NCBI GenBank assembly: GCA_951406725.2
Contig: OX597814.1
Span: 113,522,001-113,586,000 of the forward strand
Source of the DNA: Octopus vulgaris
Lineage: Eukaryota
Reading direction: 5' to 3'
DNA length: 64,000 nt
Position numbers and translations under genes: made by a program. Below, one piece after another: positions 45,948 through 59,111 of the stretch; within the stretch, counting starts at the first letter, position 1; each line of letters starts with the position of its first letter. The notes under the pieces are model-generated. The model saw only the letters and a program-made list of their open reading frames with translations, searched no databases and was not told where the DNA came from.

Positions 45948-46262
45948 GTGGAGGCGCAATGGCCCAGTGGTTAGGGCAGCAGACTCGCGGTCGGAGGATC
46001 GCGATTTCGATTCCCAGATCGGGCGTTGTGTGTGTTTATTGAGCGAAAACACCTAAAGCTCCACGAGGCTCAGGCAGGGGGTGGTGCCGACCCCTGTTGT
46101 ACTCTTTCGCCCCAACTCTCTCTCACTCTTTCTTCCTGTTTCTTGAGTAACGCTGCGATGGACTGGCATCCCGTCCAGCTGGGGGGAACACATACGCTAT
46201 AGAAACCGGGAAACCGGGCCTATGAGCCTGGTTAGGCATGAAAAGGGCGCATAAATAAATAA
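45948..46262 (+). mobile_element. tRNA-derived SINE family C
   Basis: GGAGGCGCAATGGCCCAGTGGTTAGGGCAGC..TTCGATTCCC head; (TAAA)n tail. Head fragments also at 34056-34157 (-) and 58043-58091 (+). Confidence 0.85.
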
Positions 46263-46922
46263 ATATATTTTGCAGACTTCGTAATAGTGATCCTCAAGAT
46301 TGATAGAGTATTTTCTCCATCCAACAGTCACCACATCTATATCGACAAATCCAACATAGTATCAGTACTAAACGGAAGTTTTAACTGCTGAATGTTTGAG
46401 TGAGAAACTAGCTCGGGAACAGAACAGGTGTAATGCAGACGGCCATATCTTCATCTCGTTCTTGTAACCGCGATTAGATGATTTATGATGTAAAATGTTA
46501 GAGGGCTAAGCTCGTGTCAGAAGCAGATTGGATGGATATATTGATAAATGTTCAAGAACTGGGTAATCTACACTAAACAAGTTCCATGCCATCTTAATAA
46601 AATAAGAGGAAAATGGCAAGTTCCTTTTATATCAGTTTACAGAATGAAGTATGAACTTTTGGCCATTTATGTTTCGAAACTGTTGTCGTTGTTGTTGTTG
46701 TTATTATTTAACACCCGGCCAGCTCGGATTGAGCAGGCTATGATCACAAACGTTCTAACTGTGACCATCCCATTCAATTTGTCCAGTGTGTTCCTTATCT
46801 TTAAAGTATGTAGTGTTAGATTTGAGGGAGATTTGGTTGCTATATCTAGCAAGTCGAGCGCCCATGTAGGGGATCCGTTAGTGTTAAGAAGTGGTCCACT
46901 CTATTATTTTCTTTTGTATATA

Positions 46923-47137
46923 AGGCGGCGAGCTGGCAGAATCGTTAGCACGCTGGGCAAAATACTTAGCGGTATTTCGCCCATTTCTACGTCCTGAGTT
47001 CAAATTCCGCCGAGGTCAACTTTGTCTTTCATCCTTTCGGGACGATAAATCAAGTACCAGTGAAGCACGGGGGTCGATGTAATCGACTAGTCCCCTCCTC
47101 ACAAATTTGAGGACTTGTGCCTCTACAAGAAAGGATC
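46923..47137 (+). mobile_element. SINE family B
   Basis: Matches family consensus. Confidence 0.85.
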
Positions 47138-47330
47138 ACTTTCATTTGTATATGTTGCTTATGCTTCAATCTGGGGGCTTGATATTCTTCAACGAGTACC
47201 CAAACGTTTTTCTATGATTTTTGTGTCCGTTATTTCAACCATTTTATGCTTCTTGTGTCAGCCATGTTTAAATTTGGGAAAATCATAAGTGTTTCTTCAT
47301 TTTCTGTATGAAGGATTTCATTACTAAATG

Positions 47331-47417
47331 TCTTCTTCTTCTTCTTCTTCTTCTTCTTCTTCTTCTTCTTCTTCTTCTTCTTCTTCTTCTTCTCATTCTT
47401 CTTCTTCTTCTTCTTCT
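47331..47417. repeat. (CTT)n microsatellite
   Basis: Direct reading; a (GAT)n tract follows at 47923-47973. Confidence 0.95.
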
Positions 47418-47474
47418 TAAGACATCAAGGTATGATTTGAGTGAGTCTTGGCTCAATAAACTCTACTATGCACG

Positions 47475-47529
<55 letters not shown>

Positions 47530-47806
47530 GCATGCATGTATGTATGTGTATGCGTGTATATGCGTGTGTGTATGTATGCGTTGGGTGTCTTAAAAGTGTC
47601 TATGCATTTTTTGGCTTATGCTGTCTCATATGTGTGTGTGCGTGCGTATGCTTACGTGCATGTATATGTGTGTGCGCATATGTCTGTGTGAAAGTGTGCG
47701 TACGTATGTGTGTGTGCATATACATGTGTGTATGTGTATCTGTGTGCATGTATGTCTGTGTGCATGTATGTATGTGTATATGTGCGCATGTGTGTGTATG
47801 CGTGCT

Positions 47807-47838
<32 letters not shown>

Positions 47839-47922
47839 GAGGAACTAGTTTCAGCACATTTCGTGAGTTGTGAAACGGCGTCTCTAATGCCATCACTACC
47901 AAAGATTCCGTGTCTCATTCCT

Positions 47923-47974
<52 letters not shown>

Positions 47975-48186
47975 AGCAGTGATGATTGTGTCTGTTGGTG
48001 GTGAGAACGATGACGACGACGACGATGATGATGATGATGAAAATGATAACGACGACGATGGCGGCGATAATAATGATGATGGTGACGTAATAGTGATGTC
48101 ATGATAATGACTACTACTACGACGACGACGACAATGTGGATAATGTGAAGTTAATGATGATGCTACGATGTAACTTGATGAAGCGA

Positions 48187-48592
48187 CTCTCTTTTACTTG
48201 TTTCAGTCATTTGACTGTGGCCATGCTGGATCACCGCCTTTAGTCAAGCAAATCGATTTATTCTTTGTAAGCCTAGTACTTATTCTATCGTATCTTTTGC
48301 CGAACCGCTAAGTTACGGGGACGTAAACACACCAGCATCGGTTGTCAAGCGATGTTGGGGGGACAAACACAGACACGCACACAAACACTCACACACACAC
48401 ACACACACACATATATATACATATATTTGACGGGCGTCTTTCAGTTTCCATCTACCAAATCCACTCACCAGGCTTTGGTCAGCCCGATGCTATAGTAGAA
48501 GACACTTGCCGAAGGTGCCACGTAGTGGGACTGAACCCTGAACCATGTGGTTGGTAAGCAAGCTACTTACCACACAGCCACTTCTACGCCTA
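48187..48592 (-). mobile_element. SINE family A
   Basis: Matches family consensus. Confidence 0.87.
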
Positions 48593-48633
48593 TGTAACTA
48601 CAAAGTGATTGCCGTGCTCCAGGTGAAGTCGAG

Positions 48634-48744
48634 GGAGGAGGTAAAGAATACGTACACCACCAGGTTTCGGCGTAACAAAAACTCTAAAACTAATCCGAAA
48701 CCCTAAACCCTAACCACCGGGTGTACGTATTCTTTACCTTCGCC
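48634..48744. mobile_element. 111-bp MITE (GG termini, ~8-bp TSD) with CCCTAA-like core
   Basis: TIR AGGTAAAGAATACGTACACC; flanks AAGTCGAG / AAGTCGAA. Confidence 0.78.
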
Positions 48745-49267
48745 AAGTCGAAACGACCCTTGACAACATTGAATAACATCAACGTGCTCCTCTCGTCAGT
48801 TCGAAGATGGCAAAAGCACGTCTAGAATAACAGCATCTGTTTTCCTAGTAAGAGAAACATGGGAAGGTTTGCGCTTCGTTGCTGTTCGACTATCAACACA
48901 ACACTTGAGACGTTGTTTCTTGCTGCGAGGGGAAACATGTTACGATATGTTACACCGGCTCTGCTGGCGTTGCTGTTGCTTGAAAACCATTGTCAGGCGG
49001 TGTGTTGGTGTGTATGTGTGTGACTGTGTGTGTGCGTGTGAGTAAGTGCGTTTGTGAGTTTGTGTGCGAGTGTGTGAGTTTGTGTGCGTTTGTGAGTGTG
49101 AGTGCGTTTATATGTGTATGTGTGTGTGTGCGTGCGTTTGTGTTTGTGTGTGTGTGTGCGAGTGTGTGTATGTCTGTGTGTCTGTGTGCGTGCGTTTGTG
49201 TGTGTGATGCCATTATATGTATTATATGTGAATTTGTCTTTGCACGACATACATGGGTAGTACAAAT

Positions 49268-49655
49268 CGTGGCACTCCGTCGGTTGCGACGACGAGAGTT
49301 CCAGTTGGTCCGATCAACGGAACAGCCTGCTCGTGAAATTAACGTGTATGTGGCTGAGCACTCCACAGACACGCGAACGTCTAACGTAGTTCTCGGGGAG
49401 ATTCAGCGTGACACAGGGTGTGATAAGGCTGGCCCCTTGAAATACAGGTACAACAGAAACAGGAAGAAAGACTTAGAGAAAGTTGTGGTGGAAGGGTACA
49501 GCAAGGTTCGCCACCACCACTACCCCCTGCCGGAGACTCGTGGAGCTTTAGGTGTCTTCGCTCAATAAGCACTCACAACGCCCGGTCTGGGAATCGAAAC
49601 AGCGACCCTTTGACCGTGAGTCCGCTGCCCTAACCACTGGGCCATTGCGCCTTCC
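49268..49655 (-). mobile_element. SINE family C head with a different (RTE-like) tail
   Basis: Head matches 45948; the 3' part differs and ends CGTCGCAACCGACGGAGTGCCAC. Confidence 0.8.
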
Positions 49656-49763
49656 CAGTAGAACAAATAGACGTTACACTTACATACACATAGACACACA
49701 CGTATACACGCACAGATACACATACATGTATATATTAATATATATATATACACTTATACATAA

Positions 49764-50147
49764 CTAGCAGTATCGCCCGGCGTTGCTCAGGTTTGTAAGG
49801 GAAATAACTATAAAGCATTTTTAGAGAGTTATAGCCAAAAAATAGCAAAAAAATGGGAAAAAAATGATGGTAAATTTTTTTGAGAGTTAAAAAAGGTGGA
49901 GTTGCGTCCCCTAGACGGTCTGTGGTTTGGGTTTCTGATTCTCGACCCCATGTCGAATTTATCGATTTTTTTCAGAACTGGGGGAACTTTTCAAAATTTT
50001 CGCTGCGTTAGTTTTGAATTATGACATTGGGCTATGTGTGTGTCAAGTTTCATCAGAATCGGTTGAAAGCCGTGGTCAGAGTGAGGGTACAAGCAAACAG
50101 ACACACAGAAACACGCACAGACAAACTGCCGTTTATATAGAGAGAGA
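49764..50147 (-). mobile_element. Non-autonomous Helitron-like element
   Basis: Minus strand starts TCTCTCTCTATATAAA and ends with hairpin CCTGAGCAACGCCGGG then CTAG; A|T insertion site. Confidence 0.75.
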
Positions 50148-50162
50148 TTATACATAAGCACA

Positions 50163-50212
<50 letters not shown>

Positions 50213-50344
50213 TGCTTACGTGCATAAATGTGCATACATATTCACACAAGTATATACAGTGGTGGTTCGTCTATAGGCACTGCGGAACTGCAGAATTCAC
50301 TATAATGAATCCACTTCGATAGAATTCACTATAATGAATCCTAA

Positions 50345-50613
50345 AGGCGGCGAGCTGGCAGAAACGTTAGCACGCCGGGCGAAATGCAGAGCGGTATTTC
50401 GTCTGCCGTTACGTTCTGAGTTCAAATTCCGCCGAAGTCGACTTTGCCTTTCATCCTTTCGGAGTCGATAAATTAAGTACCAGTTACGCACGGAGGTCGA
50501 TGTAATCGACTTAATCCGTTTGTCTGTCCTTGTTTGTCCTCTCTGTGTTTAGCCTCTTGAGGGTAGTAAAGAAATAGGTATTTCGTCTGTCCTTACGTTC
50601 TGAGTTCAAATTC
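50345..50613 (+). mobile_element. SINE family B
   Basis: Full head and tail, then start of a second unit. Confidence 0.88.
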
Positions 50614-51649
50614 CTATCAAGCCAGATAAACTACTGAATCTCATAATTCTAGAAATATTTCACCCCACATACAATACCTTAATAACCGGTCTGTATTTTT
50701 AGATAGGGTAAATTGTTGATAATTGTGTTGGACTTTGCTACTGTTTCTAGCAAATTGGTTGACCACATAGAGAAACTATGTCGTTAACCCCAATAACGTA
50801 CAACAATTAGCAGATGTGAATTTTATTTTTACACCTCTTAACTATTTTGTACAGTCACTTTGTTGTAAAAGAGCGATTACGCAATATGTACTTTAAAATA
50901 CATTTTATTATCTCGTGGTTTCACATCGCATCTCCTTCTAACCATATACCTATCAATTACCTACCTACCTACCTACCTACCTTACCTACCTGCCTACTTA
51001 GGCTAATTTCTATTTCAACATCTTTAAGTAAACGGAATCTCAGTAAAAAGGAAAAATACAAAAAAAAAAAAACAAAGAATAGAACAAAACAAAAAATATG
51101 ACAAAATCTCAAGTTTTCTTTGTATGGAAACTGAAACAAAACTATGATCTTGGCAAAAAAATAATCGAAAAGAAAAAAATAAACGAAAAATATTACGTTT
51201 TATTAATCGTACTTGCGATAAAATTGTTAATGGCGATGGCTGGTAAAATTTTATTTAGTCTACAGACTAGGGTTTGCATAATAACGTTCAAGCATTTACA
51301 TAAAATTTCTGTGATTCTTTAAAATCACGGTGCATCCAGGTACTCTTTCGGCGCACCTAAGCATCATAGAAACTATTGCTTTACGCCAGCGGTGGGGAAA
51401 CCCCCCTCCTGCGGGCGCAATTACTGGCTGGCTGATACGCTCGTATGTACAAAATATTGTAAATTTTTCAATTATAAATTTATACAGTATTCGTACGCCT
51501 ATTTGCGACATAGGTCGCATTTCCACGGTTAGACTCGAACATTAACTCACCCGGTATTTGCTATTTTAATGGAAATTTTGTTTTCACTATAAAACACACA
51601 TTGCTAGGTTTGTACCGCCCCCTTGAGACCCAACTACACTCTAGCTGAA

Positions 51650-52056
51650 AAATATAGAATGTCTCATAAGCAATAAAGCTGTCAGACTATTTCTGCAACC
51701 ACATCACCCCTAACATCTGGCCATGTAACTACCCAGACTACAAACGCCTTTATTATGTGTGGGTTGCAGTTGAGCGAGAGACCAACAAAACTCCTTGTAA
51801 CACCAAAGATGTACTGAAGGCAAGGATTATGGCAGCATTCACCACTTAAACAGGGAGACCGTCCAGAAAAGTGACGGGAGATTCCGAAGCCGTCTGGAGG
51901 CCGTGGTTGAAGTCAATGGCGATTTTATTGAATAAATGCATTCCTTAGTATTTCAAGATATTTTTATGTAATTTTGATAAATATATCTTTTAAAATGAGA
52001 TGCCAGTGTTATTTTAATTTTTGCGTAATTTAGACGACAGTTTATTCACCGTACCC

Positions 52057-52058
<2 letters not shown>
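51650..52058 (+). pseudogene. Tc1/mariner (maT-like) transposase C-terminal relic with right TIR
   Basis: HITPNIWPCNYPDY..YYVWVAVERETNKTPCNTKDVLKARI..GRFRSRLEAVVEVNGDFIE* resembles WPP.SPDLNPLDY; ends ..CACCGTACCCTG. Confidence 0.8.
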
Positions 52059-52089
<31 letters not shown>

Positions 52090-52193
52090 TGTGTATGATT
52101 GTGTATAGAAGAATATATTACTCAAAGAAACGTTTTATTTACAATCTTATAGTAATCTAATGAAATGATAGAATATTAAATGTGCATTCTGAC

Positions 52194-52238
52194 TGAACTA
52201 GTACTTTCATGCTTTAAACTATGCAATCTTCAGGTTCA
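52194..52238 (-). ncRNA. Minimal type I hammerhead ribozyme motif
   Basis: UGAAC-CUGAAGA-U UGC..GCA U-GAAAG-UA-CUA-GUUCA. Palindromic AGUACU stem III. Confidence 0.82.
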
Positions 52239-52398
52239 TGTCGTAGTTGTGGCGACAATTATGTTCTACATTTTGCAATTGTACAGTTGTGACAGTTGTA
52301 AATTGTAAAACATAACTGTCACCATCGGTACAGGCGTGGCTGCGTGGTAAGAAGCTTGCTTGCCGACCATACACACACACATAGTGTTAAGTGTGGTG

Positions 52399-52434
<36 letters not shown>

Positions 52435-52437
<3 letters not shown>

Positions 52438-52820
52438 CGCAGAAGTGGCTGTGTGGTAAGAAGCTTGCTTACCAACCACATGGTTCCGAGTTCAGTCCCA
52501 CTGCGTGGCACCTTGGGCGAATATCTTCTACTATAGCCTCGGTCGACCAGAGCCTTGTGAGTGGATTTGGTAGACGGAAACTGAAAGAAGCCCGTCGTAT
52601 ATATGTATATGTGTGTGTGTGTGTGTCTGTTTGTCCCCCAACATCGCTTGACAACCGATAATGGTGTGTTTACGTCCCCGTAACTAAGCGGTTCGGCAAA
52701 AGACACCGATAGAATAAGTACTAGGCTTACAAAGAATAATTCCTGGTGTCGATTTGCTCGACTAAAGGCTGTGTTCCAGCATGGCCGCAGTCAAAGGATT
52801 GAAACAAAAAAGAGAAAGAG
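52435..52820 (+). mobile_element. SINE family A, full-length
   Basis: Matches family consensus. Confidence 0.9.
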
Positions 52821-53399
52821 ATATATATCATGATTATTACTCCATTTTACAGACCCGTCTGAAACGATCCATTCCTCTCACTTGCATCGAATTTATATTT
52901 TGCCCCCATCGCCCCTCGAAGCTTTATCATCTCCGTATTCTGAAAAAAGCGAAAATTGAGGAACTTGGAGCGTAAGGGTAGGGAGGGTGAGAATTAAAAT
53001 TTTCAAATGCCTCTTTTTTCTTTGCAGAATCAAAATCTCCATATTCGAAAATGGGGGATCTTGTAACAAAAAAAAAAAAAAAAAAAGGGGGTGCGCATTC
53101 TTTACGTTCCACCTTAATACTTTGCTTCCATTTGTTAGATATAGAAACAAATGAGACGAATTGAATACAATGCGATAGTTACGAGGCGAATCCCACGGGG
53201 CTAGTGTTTGAATACCAACGACTGAATCCCTTAATTTGAATTAGGTACCAGTAATGTACTGGGGAGAAGGAGATAATGCTTAATCATCTGCAATCACCAA
53301 AATATGTTTTCATGCGTCAAACGTTAGGTGTCTATCATTTAGAACGGCCATGTTGACCTTCATAGATTAATACGTACATGGCGACTACGCCGACAACCC

Positions 53400-53462
<63 letters not shown>

Positions 53463-53478
53463 ATTATATGTATATATG

Positions 53479-53571
<93 letters not shown>

Positions 53572-53592
53572 AAACATACATATATATATGTG

Positions 53593-53636
<44 letters not shown>

Positions 53637-54056
53637 GAATTTACAAAAAGACGAAAACGGGAGCAAAATCAGGATGTATATGTGTATGCGTGCGTGTACA
53701 CTCACATACACATAAATGTACATACATATAATGAAGTAACAAGACAAACTAGTGAAGAGCGAACCGTCACCCTCTCAAATTTTTCTGACATCTGAAGTTT
53801 TATCTCAGTGACAGAAGGGAATGCAGCGGAGAAGGAATGAAGTGAGGAACACGGGAAAAGAAGGAAGGAGGGGTGGGTGTTGTACACACACGTTTCTGTA
53901 AGCTGTGTGCATATGTTTCCGTGATTGTGTATTTGCGAGTGTGTGTGTGTGTGTATTTACGTATAATGTGTACAGAGATAAACATGTAGATAGATAGATC
54001 GATAGATAGATAGACAGACATGCAGACAAGAAGACAGACAGGTTGATTTAGACATA

Positions 54057-54289
54057 CAGTAATCTCTCGACTATCGCGGGTGTTACGTTCCAAAACCTCC
54101 CACAGAAATAATTAAAATTGTAAAAATATAAATACTTATCGGCCGCAGAAACCCGCGATATACTGAGGAGTCCGTGATATAAATTTACATATATTAGCCA
54201 GAAAAAAAATCCACGTTGTACTGAGTGTAGGTGAACCGTGATGTACTACTTGCGCGATAAGTGAACCGCGATATGCCGAGGGATTACTG
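54057..54289. mobile_element. Tigger/pogo-like MITE
   Basis: TA-CAGTAATCTCTCG..TATCGCGG ... CCGCGATA..CGAGGGATTACTG-TA. Confidence 0.82.
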
Positions 54290-54336
54290 TATCTAGATAA
54301 TCAGACAGGTAAATAGATAGATAGATATATAGATAG

Positions 54337-54367
<31 letters not shown>

Positions 54368-54749
54368 CTTGATAGATTAGATAGATAGACAGATAAGGTA
54401 GGCAGATACACGCACTCATGGATAAGTTAGATTAATAGAATTAACGAAGCACGGAATATCAAGGGATACTGTGACTCGCTTCATGGCTGATAATCTTTTT
54501 TAATCTTCTTTCATCTCTGAAAGAGATGTTAGCGAGATTAGTAAATAGCAATGTGTTGTATATGTGTGTGTTGTTGTGTATCTGTTTGTTTGTTTGTTTG
54601 CGTGTGTGCGCGCATGCGTTTTTATTTGTAGGTGTGTAGTTTTATTTGCGTGTGTGTGTGCGCGTTTCCATGTGTGTGTTCATTAAATATCGGACTAGTT
54701 TGCTAGATTGTAAATACGAGACGGTCAAAGTTATATTCGTTCGAAATTT

Positions 54750-55100
54750 TAGCACAAGGCTAGTAATTTCGGAATGGAGGGGCAAGTCGTTTACATTGTC
54801 CCCTGTGCTCATCTGCTTCTTATTTTATCGATTCCGAAAGGATGAAAGGCAAAGTCGACCTTGTCCGAATTTTAACTCGGAAAGTAAAGACGGACGAAAT
54901 GCGGTATTTCGTCTGCCGCTACGTTCTGAGTTTAAATTTCGCCGAGGTCCACTTTGCCTTTCATCCTTTCAGGGGTCGATTAAATAAGTACCAGTTACTC
55001 ACTGGGGTCGATATAATCGACTTAATCCGTTTGTCTGTCCTTGTTTGTCCTCTCTGTGTTTAGTCCCTTGTGGGTAGTAAAGAAATAGGTATTTCGTCTG
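54750..55100. mobile_element. Two SINE family B fragments head-to-head
   Basis: Minus fragment to about 54900 joined to a plus fragment at GACGAAATGCGGTATTTCGTC. Confidence 0.75.
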
Positions 55101-55467
55101 CTCGTTGCCTTAATGGTGAAAGCAATATTAAAGTGTTTCACCGACTGGCTTCTTGTTCAGGGGTAATGATGTGATCTCGGTCACGTATATGTGATAGAAA
55201 CCGGGTTACATGCCCTATCATTCTTGGCCCTTGAGACAGCAATAGCCAATATTTGAAGATGATGAAGAGTCACATGCTAAGTACTATTCCTGTAAAATTT
55301 TTCTATCTGTTTCCCAAGAATATATCACAGTTTTTGTGTGCCTCACAAGCGCACCTCCTCAATCTCTACCGCTGCCAACTATCGACCAATCACCCTCTCT
55401 TCCAATATCCCAAAATTTACATTATTTACAATGGACGGATAGGTGTCCTCATTGTCTTTGTTGTTAC

Positions 55468-55510
55468 CACAACGTTTCGGCTGATGTACTCTCCAGACTT
55501 CATCAGGTGT
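55468..55510 (-). ncRNA. Minimal type I hammerhead ribozyme motif
   Basis: ACAC-CUGAUGA-A GUCUGG..UCAGCC-GAAACGUU-GUG. Palindromic AACGUU. Confidence 0.75.
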
Positions 55511-55666
55511 TCTGGTGCAATTTCGAACCCAATCCTTTATTTGACTAACGGAATACACTTGTCCACATTCCTAAGGTATATTGTTGATGTTATTTTTTAA
55601 TATTATTTTTCAAGACCCTGACTGGGAGTGAGCTTGGAATCCGTGTATTAGTAGCCCGCGCTTCTG

Positions 55667-55712
55667 AACATCTGATGAAGGCCGGAGAGTAAATCAGCCG
55701 AAACATTGTGAT
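55667..55712 (+). ncRNA. Minimal type I hammerhead ribozyme motif (mirror copy)
   Basis: AACAU-CUGAUGA-A GGC..GCC-GAAACAUU-GUG. Confidence 0.68.
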
Positions 55713-55849
55713 AACAACAAACAAGATGATACATATCCGTCCATTGTAAATAATGTACATAATCCCTCATTCCAAGAATATAGAATAGTATCGCAAAATT
55801 TGTTTAAAATATCGTCTCCTTCATTACTATGAATGAGTCCGGCTTCCTC

Positions 55850-56484
55850 AACAGGCATGGCTGAGTCGTACAGCCATACAGTTGGTTCTTGGTTCAGATC
55901 CACTGTTATGCACTTTTTGATAGCGTCTTCTACTATAGTCTCGATGCAACCAAAGCCTTGTGAATAGATTTCGGAAACGAAAACTGAGAGAAGCCCGTCG
56001 TACATTCTCTTATTCTTTTATTTGTTTCAGTCATTTGACTGCAGCCATACTGGAGCACCGCCTTTAGTCGAACGAATCGACTCCAAGATTTATTCTTTGT
56101 AAGCCTAGTATTTATTCTATCGTTCTTTGTAAGCCTAGTACTTATTCTATCGGTCTCTTTTGCTGAACCGCTATGTTACGGGGACGTAAACACACCAACA
56201 TTGGTTTTCAAACGATGTTGGGGTGACAAACACAAACACACAAATACACACACACATATATATATATATATATATGACGGGCTTCTTTCAGTTTCCGTCT
56301 ACCAAATCCACTCAAGGCTTTGATCAGCCCGAGGCTATAGTAGAAGACATTTGCTCAAGGTGCTACGCAGTGGGACCGAACCCGGAACCATGTGGTTGGT
56401 AAGCAAGCTACTTACCACACAGCCACATACATACATACATTACATTACATACATACATACATTACATACATACATTACATTACA

Positions 56485-56515
<31 letters not shown>

Positions 56516-56785
56516 CATACATACATACATTACATACATACATACATACATACATATACGTGTATGTGTGTCCTTGTGTCTGTATTTGTCTACCCCGACC
56601 ACTTGAAAACTGGCGTTGGTGTATTTACACAACAGTAACCTAGCGGTTCGGCAAAAGAGACCTGTAGGATAGGTACGAGGTTTAATAAATACATAATGAA
56701 TTCCATTCGTTCGACTAAAACCGTTCAAGGATGTGCTCCAGCATGGCTGCAATGCAGTCTAGGGACTAAAACATGCAAGAAAAAT
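55850..56785. mobile_element. Cluster of SINE family A copies (two minus, one plus fragment)
   Basis: 55850-56002 (-), 56005-56426 (-), 56565-56785 (+). Confidence 0.8.
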
Positions 56786-57178
56786 AAATGAACAGATCAA
56801 CAGGAACTATATTTCTCGCAATTTTGCTTCGTATATCTCACCACAGGGGGGGGGGGATGTTTAAGAGGCCTGGACAACCCCTCACCCACGCAACTCGTGG
56901 AAACGTAATTATCTAACATATCTCTCAAAATTTTTGTAAATTACATAGTTTATGATGTGTAAATAATTAAATAATTGAAACCTCAATCGGTCGACCGGTC
57001 GACATACCGACTACGCCCATGTACGCAAGCTTTCTTTCACACTGGCCCCACCGACTCACACATACGAATATATATTTAAATTATAGATTCATACATATAA
57101 TAAGCATATTTAGTCTCGCTGTGGTATTAGTCCCCGTGGATAAACACAGAAGAACATCTGCCACATGACATGAGAAGG

Positions 57179-57221
57179 GAACAAACTAGTTTCGTGTTTC
57201 ATTAAAACCTCGTCAGTGATC
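57179..57221 (-). ncRNA. Minimal type I hammerhead ribozyme motif
   Basis: GAUCA-CUGACGA-G GUUU..AAAC AC-GAAAC-UA-GUU-UGUUC. Palindromic AACUAGUU. Confidence 0.78.
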
Positions 57222-57717
57222 GTTTATCTCACCTTTCAGCTGCTGAAGTTAAGAAGCCGAGAGCTTCTTGTAGGAAATGTAAACAAAATTATGACAGCTA
57301 TAATAAAACTTGCATAATACACAATAAGTTTGACAGCGTGGCATTTGTAGTAACAACAGTTTTATTGCGGTTGTGAATGAATACGTATGGGTATGGCGTA
57401 CTTACAAATATGTTTACCGGTGCGGTGCGATTCTATTTTCAGGCAACCGCAAGCTCATCTGCTTTATTCAATGGGTCTACTATCAGAACAGCGCTAAATA
57501 TATACGTATATTCGCACCCGCGTACGTATGTATGTGTATGCGCACACAATTACTTTATTGTCTATATTTATTTTATGTATAAACTATATATATATATATA
57601 ATTGAAATTCAGTGGAATTAGGCACTTGAGTTGAAATACCAAGTCAGTCTGGTATTATCCGTACAACTCAAAGTAAGGTGAATACAATCAAAATAAGCAA
57701 CAGAATATCAAGCTATA

Positions 57718-57805
57718 ATGCAGTACAACCGTTTCAAGCGACTCCATTTAATTGAACAATGCAATCATTACTTCAATTTAAATGCAAGGCTGTCCTCAGC
57801 CTCAT
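57718..57805 (-). ncRNA. Type I hammerhead motif with long stem II
   Basis: AUGAGG-CUGAGGA-C AGC..CAUUUAAAUUGAA/UUCAAUUAAAUG..GCU U-GAAAC-GGUU-GUA-CUGCAU. Confidence 0.72.
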
Positions 57806-58384
57806 AAATGAATAGAATTTTTTTAGCAGTTGGACACATTAATATAATTTTACTCAACTTCTCTAACAGAGCAAGAAGAGGAAGAAAGTCCATGTTGCTC
57901 CTAATGCGACTCGGAATATACTACACTTCTAAGAACTGTTTGTTAGGGTCATAGCTTGTGGTGGTTCACTTTTAATTTATTAGTCTTTTTTTATCAACTA
58001 CAAAATATAAGGCTGTATATATCCATGTTATATATCTTATTATGTGGAGGCACAATAGCTCAGTGGTTAGGGCAGCGGACTAGCGGTCGTCTAAAATTTT
58101 GGGTATAGTAACATTGCTTTTGGAGAAATAACCGGTTTCTTTTTTCTTTTCAAAATTCTCAAATTTCTTTAATTATATTATGTCATCTCTTCGCTATGTT
58201 GTGAAATATGGAGTTCCAGACAGGAGAAGGTAATCAGGGATTTTTCAGTATAAGAGAGATAATCGAAAATGTTGAGAATGACTAGGTTTTATTAATTTAA
58301 CATGATTTGGTTTAGAAAGTATAGAATGTTACAAGCTTTGCTTTATATTTTTTTCAATAAGGTAAGTTTCCTTATTAAAAAAAT

Positions 58385-58880
58385 GTTAGAAATGATTAAG
58401 TTTTGGCTTATACTTTTCAATGAAGTAGGTTTCCTTATTTAATCTAACTCATGTTGGTGTTGCAATGTCACATTGATAAAATGGAAAGATTACAAATTGT
58501 GGTAGCATTTGCTTTGCGCATTTCTCAATATGTTCACTAAAGGGTAACATTCTGTATTCTAGGAATGCAATCTGCTGTCGGCGCAGAGTGCATCTGCGTC
58601 TGGGTGGCGGCCCGAGCATCTTATTATATAAATCAGGTTTTCTGAAACACAAGTAAAGTCAGATTTGATCTTGAATTTTTCTCCTTTGAAAGTTTGGGCA
58701 TGTTTGTCCCTCTAGAAAGTTTGGGCATGTTGTGCAATTTGGTCGACCATATTTTTTCACTTTTGCGTCCGTTATTTTAGAAATTAATTTTCCTTTTGTG
58801 AGGATCTTTTTTTAGTGATTTCGGTTGTTTGTGGCTTGGAATAATTACTATGAAGCATTGTGTAGAATATATTGTATAAA
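58385..58880 (-). pseudogene. Penelope-like retroelement linker Zn-finger and GIY-YIG endonuclease relic
   Basis: Across frameshifts: KQPKSLKK.ILTKG; VKKYGRPNCTTCPNFLEG; FKIKSDFTCVSENLIYIIRCSG; TLRRQQI..YRMLPFSEHIEKCAK..PQFVIFPFYQC..*VRLNKETYFIEKYKPKLN. Confidence 0.82.
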
Positions 58881-59111
58881 GGATGGTGGGTAAGGCCAGA
58901 ACGATGCGAAGTAAATGCAAGGGAAATCACAAGAAGACATATATATATGTAGACTTACCTTGTATTCAATATTTCGGGGTTATGATTGGCAACATTCGTT
59001 AATTTCTTGAAAATGGTGTCATAACCCCGAAATATTGGATACAAGGTAAGTCTACAATAATTCATATATTTGCATTTACCTCTCATTGTTCTGGCCTTAC
59101 CCACGATCCTT

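Larger units (their letters stand above)
55418..55758. repeat. Inverted repeat (~95-bp arms) with two outward-facing hammerheads
   Basis: TACATTATTTACAATGGACGGATA.. vs ..TATCCGTCCATTGTAAATAATGTA. Confidence 0.88.

Noticed and set aside
47308-48104. Poly-Leu, poly-Met and poly-Asp ORFs
   Set aside because: Trinucleotide microsatellites (CTT)n and (GAT)n.
48790-48805. Isolated CUGANGA cores on the minus strand (also about 17200, 40575, 42056, 43660, 50052)
   Set aside because: No matching GAAA, stem III or stem I partner.
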